32,000 nt of DNA, from contig CP001848.1 of the NCBI GenBank assembly GCA_000025185.1, positions 1,710,001 to 1,742,000 on the forward strand, given 5' to 3'. Source of the stretch: Pirellula staleyi DSM 6068 (GTDB lineage: Bacteria > Planctomycetota > Planctomycetia > Pirellulales > Pirellulaceae). Every line of letters begins with the position of its first letter. Within the stretch, counting starts at the first letter, position 1. This document shows positions 17,493 to 25,552 of the stretch, in pieces. Position numbers and translations under genes: made by a program. The notes under the pieces are model-generated. The model saw only the letters and a list, made by a program, of their open reading frames with translations. It made no database searches and was not told where the DNA came from.

Positions 17493-17952
17493 GGGAGAGT
17501 TTCCTTCACAAACCTGGCGAGAGGAACGCTAGGCCGCATGTGGCGACCTCGGAACAATCAACCGTAGCTCACAAAATCGTGCCCCACGCGAGGGGGTAAT
17601 AGCGAGCAGCTGATTGTGTAAGTCGTTACAGGACAAGGACTCCCGCAGCCAGAGCCCGTCCCTAACAGACCTGTAATATACCCTTCTTCGGATGCGACTT
17701 CCATGTACAAAACCGATCTCTTGGGAAACCTACGGAAATGTAATCTTCACTAGGCAGGTTCTCCGAGATACGGAAAATGCCCCTAGGCGCACAGGAGGAA
17801 AGCTGTCTTAATAAGGGCTTCCGTTTTGACCTGATCCTTTGTTCGTTTGCACCTTTGGGCATCTATTTAGCCCATCGGGGATTTCTCGCTGGCCTCCGTG
17901 TCTCAGCTTGCCGCAATCGGTCCTTGGATCGCTATTTCCCCAAGGGACCTGT

Positions 17953-19749
17953 ATGTCGTTTGAAGATTTGGGGCTTGCTGAGCCCCTCGTGCGCGCACTC
18001 AACGCCGCCAACTACACCGAGCCTACCGCCATTCAGCTGCAAGCGATTCCACCGGCCATTGCCGGTCGCGACTTGCAAGGCTGTGCTCAAACCGGCACCG
18101 GCAAGACCGCTGCCTTTGCACTTCCTCTCCTCGATCGTTTAATCAAGAACCCACGTCAAGGAAAATTGCGCGGTCGCCTGCCACGGGCCCTCGTCCTTTC
18201 CCCCACGCGCGAACTCGCCGGTCAAATCCACGACAGCGTGCGCCGCTATGGCCGCCATGCCATGCAAAACAGCCTCACCATCTACGGCGGCGTCAGCCAA
18301 GTGCCGCAGGTGAAGGGACTCAACGCCGGCCAGGATGTGCTGATCGCTACTCCCGGTCGTTTGTGCGACCTGATGCAGCAGGGCTATATCAACCTGAGCG
18401 AAATCGAAGTCTTCGTCCTCGACGAAGCCGACCGTATGCTCGACATGGGTTTCATGCCCGATATCCGTCGCATCATCGCCAAGTTGCCACAGCAGAAGCA
18501 AACGCTCCTGTTCTCGGCCACCATGCCTCCCGAGATTCAAAAGCTCGCGTCGCAGCTGTTGCACGACCCTGTCGAAATCAACATCGAACCCGAACGTGCC
18601 ACGGCCGACGGCATCACCCAGAGCCTCTATTACGTTCCCACCAAGCACAAGCCAGAACTGCTCGCTTCGGTTTTGAAGCGTGAAGAAGTGACTCGCGCGG
18701 TGGTCTTCGTTCGTACGAAGCACGGCTGTAACAAAGCAGCTCTGCAACTCGAAAAGACCGGCCTCAAGGTCGATGCGATTCACGGCAACAAGAGCCAATC
18801 GGCCCGTCAACGGACGCTCTATGCGTTCAAGAACGGCCACATCCAAGTCCTGGTAGCAACCGACGTTGCTGCTCGTGGGCTCGATGTCACGGGCGTCTCG
18901 CACGTGATCAACTACGACCTGCCGATGGAACCTGAAACCTACGTCCACCGCATTGGTCGTACGGGACGCGCTGGCAAGAGTGGCATCGCCATTTCGTTCT
19001 GTGATGACGAACAGCGTGGCCTGCTCCGCGATGTGCAGCGCATTCTCGGCAAAAAGATCCCTGTCGAAAACGAAATGCCCGACGGCATTCCTGGCCTGCC
19101 TGCCAACATCGATCGCGATGGCGGTGCTAAGCGTGCTCCTTGGGGCAACAAGAAGCCGTTCCGCGCTGGTCCTGGTGGCGGTGGCGGATATGGTGGCGGC
19201 AATCGTAGTTCGGGTGGAAGTGGCGGCAGCCGTGGCTTTGGTGGGCGTAAGCCTTACCGAAGTGGTGGCGATCGCGACGGCCAAGGTGGTGGCTACGGCG
19301 CACCACGTGATGGCGGTTCGCGCGAAGGTGGCTATGGCCGCCCTCAAGGCGAACGTCCAGCTCGTCCTCAGCGCCCCTCGAATGAACGTGGCTACGACGG
19401 TGGCTACGAACAAACGCCCGCTGAAATCGTGGCCCGCGAAGGTCTCGGCGAAGGTGCTCCCCGCTCGGCAGGCCCACGACCCGCTGGTCGTCCTGCTGGC
19501 CCCGGTGCACCAGCTGCAGCCCAAGGTGGCCCCCGCAAGTTCGCTGGCCCGAAGGGCAAAAAGCCTTTCGGCGCTAAGCCCAGCGGCTATCGCAGTGGTG
19601 AAGGCCGTAGCGAATACCGTGGCGGTGGCAACCGACGTCCCGAAGGGGTAGGCCCCAATGGCGAGAAGCCGTTTGGTGCTAAGCGTTTTGCCGTGAAGCG
19701 AAAATTCAAGCCGAAGAGCAACAAGCCAGCCCCTGCGGCAGGCACGTAA
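17953..19749 (+). CDS. DEAD-box ATP-dependent RNA helicase (RhlE-like) with long Gly/Arg/Pro-rich C-terminal tail
   Basis: ATG at 17953 (MSFEDLGLAEPL). Q motif TEPTAIQ, motif I AQTGTGKT, PTRELA, DEAD, SAT and HRIGRTGRAG. About 200 aa of low-complexity tail follow from about nt 19120. The track start at 17839 adds a non-homologous extension. Confidence 0.93.
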   Translation: MSFEDLGLAEPLVRALNAANYTEPTAIQLQAIPPAIAGRDLQGCAQTGTGKTAAFALPLLDRLIKNPRQGKLRGRLPRALVLSPTRELAGQIHDSVRRYGRHAMQNSLTIYGGVSQVPQVKGLNAGQDVLIATPGRLCDLMQQGYINLSEIEVFVLDEADRMLDMGFMPDIRRIIAKLPQQKQTLLFSATMPPEIQKLASQLLHDPVEINIEPERATADGITQSLYYVPTKHKPELLASVLKREEVTRAVVFVRTKHGCNKAALQLEKTGLKVDAIHGNKSQSARQRTLYAFKNGHIQVLVATDVAARGLDVTGVSHVINYDLPMEPETYVHRIGRTGRAGKSGIAISFCDDEQRGLLRDVQRILGKKIPVENEMPDGIPGLPANIDRDGGAKRAPWGNKKPFRAGPGGGGGYGGGNRSSGGSGGSRGFGGRKPYRSGGDRDGQGGGYGAPRDGGSREGGYGRPQGERPARPQRPSNERGYDGGYEQTPAEIVAREGLGEGAPRSAGPRPAGRPAGPGAPAAAQGGPRKFAGPKGKKPFGAKPSGYRSGEGRSEYRGGGNRRPEGVGPNGEKPFGAKRFAVKRKFKPKSNKPAPAAGT

Positions 19750-19795
19750 TCAGCTCGGCCCAGCGCCGCTGATGCTGCTTCGATAAAAACCACTC

Positions 19796-19833
19796 GGGAA
19801 GTGACTTGATACCTTCAGGTCACTTCCCTTTTT
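19796..19833 (+). terminator. Rho-independent terminator after the helicase gene
   Basis: GGGAAGTGAC...GTCACTTCCC, a perfect 10-bp stem extendable to about 14 bp, followed by TTTTTCGTTTTC. It starts 47 nt after the stop. Confidence 0.85.
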
Positions 19834-19840
19834 CGTTTTC

Positions 19841-19870
19841 TTGCTGGTCCCGCTGATGCCTGTCTATAAT
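19841..19870 (+). promoter_or_regulatory. Candidate sigma70-like promoter of the arsR-family operon
   Basis: TTGCTG (19841-19846), an 18-nt spacer, then perfect TATAAT (19865-19870), 21 nt upstream of the ATG at 19892. Confidence 0.4.
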
Positions 19871-19889
19871 CAACCCAAAGGTTGATTGT
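19866..19889 (+). promoter_or_regulatory. Palindromic operator candidate for the ArsR-family repressor
   Basis: AATCAACC caaa GGTTGATT has perfect 8-bp arms (9/10 if extended to ATAATCAACC/GGTTGATTGT). It overlaps the -10 box and sits just before the start codon of the ArsR-family gene. Confidence 0.55.
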
Positions 19890-19891
19890 TT

Positions 19892-20239
19892 ATGGTCCAG
19901 GCAAAGCAAAAACCATCCCCCGACGACTTGCTCGACGCGGCCATGCTAGCGCTTGCTGATCCGACGCGCCGGCAGATCTTGCGGCGACTTGCCCGGGGCG
20001 AAGCGCGCGTGACTGAGCTTGCGCAGCCCTTTGCCATGTCGCTAAATGCCGTCTCGAAGCATATCAAACTGCTCGAGCGGGCCGGACTTGTCGAGCGCAC
20101 ACGTGTGGGGCGCGAGCACTACCTGCGTTTCCGTCCCGCAGCTCTACGGCGCGTGCAACTTTGGATCGAGAAACAGCAAGCGTTCTGGAAGGCGGGCCTC
20201 GCAGCACTCGATGAACTGCTCAACCAAGAAGATGAATAA
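19892..20239 (+). CDS. ArsR/SmtB-family winged-helix transcriptional regulator
   Basis: LALADPTRRQILRRLARGEARVTELAQPFAMSLNAVSKHIKLLERAGLVERTRVGREHYLRF is a canonical ArsR HTH. I prefer ATG at 19892 over the track TTG at 19886. Confidence 0.88.
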   Translation: MVQAKQKPSPDDLLDAAMLALADPTRRQILRRLARGEARVTELAQPFAMSLNAVSKHIKLLERAGLVERTRVGREHYLRFRPAALRRVQLWIEKQQAFWKAGLAALDELLNQEDE

Positions 20240-20720
20240 CCTCGCAGTCGATACTCGGGAACGAACCCTCATGACAAGCCAAGTGGAAGCCTGCACCAGC
20301 CATGATTTTTCGGCCTCCGCCGAGCGAGTGTACGACGCCTGGCTTCAGCCCGAGCAGGTGCGCGTCTGGATGAGCGCCGCGCTCCGTTCGTTGGGTCTGC
20401 CAGGGGAAATCGTGAGTATCGAAATCGATCCCCGCGTCGGTGGTAAGTTCCTCTTTTCCGATTTGCGGGGCGAGGTGGAAGCCAAACACTGGGGGACCTA
20501 CCTCGAACTCGATCGGCCTCGCAAGATTGTGTTCACCTGGATCGTCGATGCCAGTGGCGAGGCTGATCCGTCGGTCGTCACACTCTCGATCGAACCACGC
20601 GACAACGGGTGCCGCGCCTCGATTGTGCATCAGATGGATGTGAAGTGGATCGAGTACGTTTCGCGCACCGAAGCAGGCTGGGCTCGGATGCTTGCCCAAA
20701 TGGGTGTGCTACTCGGGTAG
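20232..20720 (+). CDS. SRPBCC-superfamily (Aha1/activator-of-Hsp90-ATPase-like) protein
   Basis: ATG at 20232 overlaps the arsR stop (ATGAATAA). FSASAERVYDAWLQPEQVRVWM, GGKFLF, HWGTYLELDRPRKIVFTW and VTLSIEP are typical of the Aha1-like SRPBCC proteins commonly paired with ArsR regulators. ATG at 20271 is an alternative start. Confidence 0.75.
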   Translation: MNNLAVDTRERTLMTSQVEACTSHDFSASAERVYDAWLQPEQVRVWMSAALRSLGLPGEIVSIEIDPRVGGKFLFSDLRGEVEAKHWGTYLELDRPRKIVFTWIVDASGEADPSVVTLSIEPRDNGCRASIVHQMDVKWIEYVSRTEAGWARMLAQMGVLLG

Positions 20721-20753
20721 CCACTGATGAGCGGCCGATCAGCAGAGATTTGT

Positions 20754-20783
20754 TTGCAATCGCGGCGCTCGTCAGCGTATGAT
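20754..20783 (+). promoter_or_regulatory. Candidate sigma70-like promoter for the second DUF1080 gene
   Basis: TTGCAA (20754-20759), an 18-nt spacer, then TATGAT (20778-20783). Pattern match only. Confidence 0.3.
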
Positions 20784-20872
20784 CCGGCGTGCAGCGACGA
20801 AGCATTTTGCCAGTCGCTCACCCCACCTCTCGATCCTACCGCGATTGTTCTCGTATCCAAGGATTTGCTCCT

Positions 20873-21583
20873 GTGAAGTGCATTGCCTGGTTTGCTGCTA
20901 CGCTCGTTCTTGTTGCTTCCACCGCGCTGGCGGAGGACGAACCCAAAAAAGCGTTCATCGATGGTTCGGGCGAGGGCTGGGTCGCTCTCGGGGAAGCTGA
21001 TTTCAAAAACGTCAACTGCTTCGAAGACACCTGGAAGTGGAAAGAAGGGGTTGCCTACTGCACCGGCAAACCGGTCGGTGTGATTCGCAGCGTGAAGGAC
21101 TACACCAATTTCGAACTCGTCGCCGAGTGGCAGCACGAAAAGTTCGCCGGCAACTCCGGGATCTTCTTGTGGACCATTGAAGATTCACTCGCCACGCTCA
21201 AGCCGGGCGGACTTCCCCAAGGGATCGAAGTGCAAGTGCTCGACCTAGGCTATGCCGAGCAGTACGAAAAATCGACCGGCAAAAAGCCCGATTGGTTCAC
21301 TTGCCATGGCGATGTGTTTCCTGTCGGTGCCGCCAAGATGAAGCCCTTCCCACCCGTTGCTCCCAACGGTTCGCGCGCGTTCCCCAAGAAGGAACTCTCA
21401 AAAGGAGCAGGCGAGTGGAACCACTACTACATCCGCGCGATCAACGGCGAAGTTCGCCTCTGGGTCAACGGTGAAGAGGTGACCGGCGGCACCGGTTGTA
21501 GCCCAGCCAAAGGCCCGATCTGCCTCGAGTCGGAAGGCTCCCCTGTGATCTTCAAGAACCTCAAGATCCGCGAACTGCCCTAA
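20873..21583 (+). CDS. Secreted DUF1080 (3-keto-disaccharide hydrolase-like) domain protein
   Basis: GTG at 20873 gives signal peptide (V)KCIAWFAATLVLVASTALA, with AAGGA about 11 nt upstream. WKWKEGVAYCTG, NSGIFLW, IEVQVLD, WNHYYIRAINGEVRLWVNG and ICLESEGSPVIFKNLKIREL are typical of DUF1080. Confidence 0.85.
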   Translation: MKCIAWFAATLVLVASTALAEDEPKKAFIDGSGEGWVALGEADFKNVNCFEDTWKWKEGVAYCTGKPVGVIRSVKDYTNFELVAEWQHEKFAGNSGIFLWTIEDSLATLKPGGLPQGIEVQVLDLGYAEQYEKSTGKKPDWFTCHGDVFPVGAAKMKPFPPVAPNGSRAFPKKELSKGAGEWNHYYIRAINGEVRLWVNGEEVTGGTGCSPAKGPICLESEGSPVIFKNLKIRELP

Positions 21584-21675
21584 GGCAAAGGACGAGAGTC
21601 GGGAGGCGAAAGAAATCGCTAGTGCAGTAGCGTCCCTGCCAACGAACTCGACAACTCGTAAGCCAAGAAACGACA

Positions 21676-21721
21676 ACACCGCTGAGGGCCCCGATGAAGT
21701 GGCTCGCAGCGGTGTTTTTTT
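21676..21721 (+). terminator. Rho-independent terminator
   Basis: ACACCGCTG, 22-nt loop, then CAGCGGTGT followed by a 7-T run. It lies between the convergent genes 20873..21583 (+) and 21755..22327 (-). Confidence 0.7.
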
Positions 21722-21754
21722 GTGCTTGTTTGCGATTCGAAGAGCGCAGCAAAC

Positions 21755-22327
21755 TTAGTGCGGCTTTTCGGTCGAAGTGGCGGTCGGCTTGCCGTGACCT
21801 GCAGCACCCTTGGGTGGCTTCGGGGCAAAAGTCAGCACCGTGATGGCACCGACAGCAATCAGAATCAAACCGGCAGCGAAGAACGGATTGATTTGCGACC
21901 AGGTGTTGTTGCGATACATCGTGACGAACGTGCTGATCATTGGCGCACAGCCAAAAACGATCGGCATCACATAGGCCACGCTCTGCACACCACCGGCGCT
22001 GAGTGCCATCAGTAGTCCAAAGGCACCAAGAGCACCGACCGCGCCAGCGATGAAGCTCCACAGAGCGCCGCTGAACGTCCAGCCACTCATCAGGCCGTTC
22101 CCCTTGTCGTGTCCAAAGAGGTACATCACGACGATGGGACCGAGAATGGCCACCACAAAGTAAGCAAAGCCGACGCAGATGAACGGACGCATGCGACCAG
22201 GATCAGGCACGTCGGCTGTCTTAAATCCGTGATGTCCGATTTGCAGCAGCGGCCCGTAGGTCCCCCAAAACAGTGCGGTCACCAGGGCGAACCCAGCAGC
22301 ATAGAGGTTGATTCCGAATAGGTTCAT
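21755..22327 (-). CDS. Five-TM integral membrane protein of unknown function (190 aa)
   Basis: ATG at 22327 (MNLFGINLYAAGFALVTALFWG) with AAGGAAA upstream. Five hydrophobic helices and a Pro/Lys-rich C-terminal tail. The track start at 22612 adds an Arg-rich, non-membrane extension. Confidence 0.65.
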   Translation of the reverse strand: MNLFGINLYAAGFALVTALFWGTYGPLLQIGHHGFKTADVPDPGRMRPFICVGFAYFVVAILGPIVVMYLFGHDKGNGLMSGWTFSGALWSFIAGAVGALGAFGLLMALSAGGVQSVAYVMPIVFGCAPMISTFVTMYRNNTWSQINPFFAAGLILIAVGAITVLTFAPKPPKGAAGHGKPTATSTEKPH

Positions 22328-22503
22328 CGCAAGGTTTCCTTCAAGGCAAATGGTTGTTGGTAGGCGATGGAAGGGGAGTAGCGAAGCCACCTGCCAAGCG
22401 GCCGATCGCTTAGTTGTTGAAACGGCTATGGAAAACTGTAGCAGATCGATGGGAAGGGGGGCAGTCTGGCTCCCGAGGGGAGATTGCTCGGCGCGGGGAC
22501 AAG

Positions 22504-23298
22504 CTACGGCGCTAAGCTCGGTTTTTGGGCCAGCAGCGTGCGGTCTTTCAGAATGTCGTAGAGCGGGTTGTCTTTCTCGCCGCAGAAGCCGAGATGCAAG
22601 TGCTTGCGCCACCCTTCCGCGTGCGAGAAAATACAGCTCATGCGCCCCAGCATGGCGTCAAGCTCTTGCATCCGGTCGAGGTACGAATTGAGCCCCTGGC
22701 TTTCGTCGAGCCACTGTTTTTGGCTCACATGCTTGGCGAGCATTTTTCGCTTCTGCTCGACGAGGTCCGAAATATCGATCACCAAATCGGGCTCGACGAT
22801 TCGCCCCAACGGGTCGTAGTGCGAGTAGGGCTGAGCGTGGTAGACCGTCACTTTCTGCTGCACCGCCGGGCGTGGTGGATCGACCTTAAAGTTGGGCATC
22901 CCGCGTGTAAAGGCGGCTGTTGTCGCTAGGCGGCAGGTGTTCGTGTGATCCTCCATGTAGTCCGACGGCGAATGCGTGAGCAAGATCTCGGGGCTCACGT
23001 CGCGAATGACCGAGGCGACTTTGCGAAGCGTGGGAACGTCGTACATCACCTCGAGATCGTGACAAATGCTTTCGTGAAAGATCGCGCCGATTTGATTGGC
23101 AGCGGCATAGGCTTCTTCACGTCGGATTCGCGCGGTCGTTTCGCCATCGTAGCGCGTACTGCCACACGAACCGTCGGCGAGGTTCCAGTAATGAATCTCG
23201 TACCCCGCTTTTCGCAGCAGCATGAGGGTCCCCGACATCAGGAACTCGATATCGTCGGGATGAGCAGCGATCGCCATCGCGGTTTTCATGACAGGCAT
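22504..23298 (-). CDS. PIG-L/LmbE-family N-acetylglucosaminyl deacetylase
   Basis: 264 aa. The N-terminal AIAAHPDDIEF motif and overall size are typical of PIG-L family deacetylases. Confidence 0.8.
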   Translation of the reverse strand: MPVMKTAMAIAAHPDDIEFLMSGTLMLLRKAGYEIHYWNLADGSCGSTRYDGETTARIRREEAYAAANQIGAIFHESICHDLEVMYDVPTLRKVASVIRDVSPEILLTHSPSDYMEDHTNTCRLATTAAFTRGMPNFKVDPPRPAVQQKVTVYHAQPYSHYDPLGRIVEPDLVIDISDLVEQKRKMLAKHVSQKQWLDESQGLNSYLDRMQELDAMLGRMSCIFSHAEGWRKHLHLGFCGEKDNPLYDILKDRTLLAQKPSLAP

Positions 23299-23465
23299 TT
23301 CATACGAGCGGAGGAACAGTCCTAGGAAGCTCGATTGTCGATTGCCCGCACGAAGGTTGTCAAATGGGGAGGGAAGTGGTCGGAGACGAGAAGCGAGAGG
23401 TTAGAGAAGCAGGATGTGGCACTGCACGCTCTTCGCACTCGTCTCTAGATCCTGATCCTTTCGGC

Positions 23466-24380
23466 TCAGATCCACAGCAGATCGATCACGCTGGTGGCGA
23501 GCAGCCCGATGCTGATGATGGCATTGATGGTGAAGAAGGCGAGGTTCACCCGCGCAAGATCGGTGGGCCGGACCACCCAGTGCTCGTAGATAAGTAATGC
23601 CGCCACGATCGCCACGCTGAGGAGGTAGAGCCATCCCAGCGGCACTTGCGGTGAAAGAAAGGGGAGCACGAAGAGGGCCACGACGGTGAGCAAGTGACAA
23701 ACAGCAGCGAGGCGAAATGCGCCGGTCACTCCGAGCGTGGCGGGGATGCTGCGGAGGCCGATCGATTGATCGAACGAGGCATCCTGACAGGCATAGATCA
23801 TGTCGAAACCGGCGACCCAGGTAAGCACTGCCAGGCCCAGCATCGTCGGGGGAATCAGGTCCGAGGGGGTGTTGATGACGTAGTCGCCGCGCAGGGCAAT
23901 CCAGGCCGATAGCGGCGCTAGAGCCAGCGCGATGCCGAGCCAGAAGTGAGCCAGGCTCGTGAAGCGTTTGGTGTAGCTATAGCCCAGGAGGAACAGCAGC
24001 ACCGGAATCGAAAGAGCCACCGGCAGCGTGTTGGGTAGAAAAATGAGTGTGCCAGCGATGAACAGCGCGCTCGAGGCCAGCGTGAACAGAATGACGGTCG
24101 GGAGCGAGAGTGTTCCCGCTGGCAAATGCCGCGCTGCAGTGCGGGGATTGGCGGCGTCGAATTGGCGATCGACGAGCCGATTGAAGGCCATGGCGGCCGA
24201 GCGGGCGCCGATCATGCAGACGAGAATCCCCACCAGATCGAGTGCGCGAAACGGCAGCATCACGCCGGTGGGGAGCGGTGTCGTCCAGGCCATCATGGCC
24301 GCCAGGAGCGCAAACGGTAGGGCAAAAACCGTGTGGCTGAAGCGGATCATCTCGAGCAAATGGCGAACAGTGGTGAGCAT
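23466..24380 (-). CDS. UbiA-superfamily prenyltransferase (4-hydroxybenzoate polyprenyltransferase-like; possibly the menaquinone/futalosine-branch enzyme)
   Basis: 304 aa with about 8-9 TM helices. First Asp-rich motif NRLVDRQFDAANPRTAARHLPAG, second motif GFDMIYACQDASFD. The N-terminus EMIRFSHTVFALPFAL is typical of the UbiA-like subgroup. Confidence 0.8.
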   Translation of the reverse strand: MLTTVRHLLEMIRFSHTVFALPFALLAAMMAWTTPLPTGVMLPFRALDLVGILVCMIGARSAAMAFNRLVDRQFDAANPRTAARHLPAGTLSLPTVILFTLASSALFIAGTLIFLPNTLPVALSIPVLLFLLGYSYTKRFTSLAHFWLGIALALAPLSAWIALRGDYVINTPSDLIPPTMLGLAVLTWVAGFDMIYACQDASFDQSIGLRSIPATLGVTGAFRLAAVCHLLTVVALFVLPFLSPQVPLGWLYLLSVAIVAALLIYEHWVVRPTDLARVNLAFFTINAIISIGLLATSVIDLLWI

Positions 24381-24440
24381 AGATCTTGCCCCGCAAAAAG
24401 GGGCGAAAGTTAACGGAGCCGAGTGAATGGTGAAGCGTGA

Positions 24441-25484
24441 TTAGGGGCGTTTGGCGCAGGCATCGCGGGCGATCGACAAAGCGCCGATCACCACCACGTT
24501 TTCGCCGAGGCTGGCGGGGACGATCTGGTAGGTTTTGGCGAGTGGCGGAAAGACATAGCGATCGACCGAATCTCGCAGCGGCGCAAAGAAATGGGTTTCG
24601 CCGATCATCGAGACCCCCCCACCAATCACCACGGTTTCGATCGCCAGCAGCGTGATGACCTGAGCCACTCCCCAGCCGAGCACCACCGCTGCATGCTCGA
24701 TCACCTCGCGGGCCACTTCGTTCCCTTCGGCGGCAGCTTGTGCCACCTGTTTGGCGGTGAGTTTGTCGACGTCGCCACCACAGCGGTCGACTAAATCTTG
24801 CAGGAACTCAGCCTCGGTTTGACGAGCGTTTTCTAGCTGTTTTTCGAGCGACATCCGCCCAACCATGGCCATCTGCTTACGCAGGGAATCGAGTGAGCGC
24901 GACACTTGGCCATTGATGCGTGCGGTGGCTGCTGCGGCGATTGCAGGACCAGCGCACATCGACTCGACGGTCAGTTCGGGCCGATCGTCGTGCAGTCCGG
25001 GACGAAGATGGCCGATCTCGGCTGCAGCGGGGCGATTTGCGCCAAACAGCTTGCCCCCTAGCACAAGACCTCCACCGACACCTGTCCCCACCGTGACGTA
25101 GAAAACCGAGTCGCTCCCCTTCCCTGCTCCATACGTCGCCTCAGCCACTGCGGCAGCATCGCAATCGTTGGCCATCGTGGCGGCCAGGCCAAGAGTCTCC
25201 TGGCACCAGCGTGCGAGGGGAAATTGGTTCCACCCTTTCACCTGATGGCTGCAGGTGACCACACCATGCTTGGCATCGATCGGACCGCCAAAACCGATTC
25301 CCACATGCCGGAGTGGATACTTCCGCGCGAAAACAATCGCCTGCTTCTCGATCGACTCGAGAATTCCCGAGGCACCACGCGCAAGGTCGACGTCGGTTCG
25401 CACAAGTTCCACGATGGTCTCGGGCGACTGATCGCAGACGCCGAGCTGCAACTTGGTGCCACCAATTTCGATCCCCAGGAGCAT
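24441..25484 (-). CDS. ROK-family sugar kinase (glucokinase-like), atypical
   Basis: 347 aa. MLLGIEIGGTKLQ phosphate-1 motif, YVTVGTGVGGG and AEIGHL. It lacks the CxCGxxGC zinc motif and carries an extra charged segment. Confidence 0.75.
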   Translation of the reverse strand: MLLGIEIGGTKLQLGVCDQSPETIVELVRTDVDLARGASGILESIEKQAIVFARKYPLRHVGIGFGGPIDAKHGVVTCSHQVKGWNQFPLARWCQETLGLAATMANDCDAAAVAEATYGAGKGSDSVFYVTVGTGVGGGLVLGGKLFGANRPAAAEIGHLRPGLHDDRPELTVESMCAGPAIAAAATARINGQVSRSLDSLRKQMAMVGRMSLEKQLENARQTEAEFLQDLVDRCGGDVDKLTAKQVAQAAAEGNEVAREVIEHAAVVLGWGVAQVITLLAIETVVIGGGVSMIGETHFFAPLRDSVDRYVFPPLAKTYQIVPASLGENVVVIGALSIARDACAKRP

Positions 25485-25552
25485 GCGACAGCCTACTTGC
25501 GAATACGGGTGGCGGAGGAACAGCTACGCGCGGTGTGCGCGGGATGCGATGG

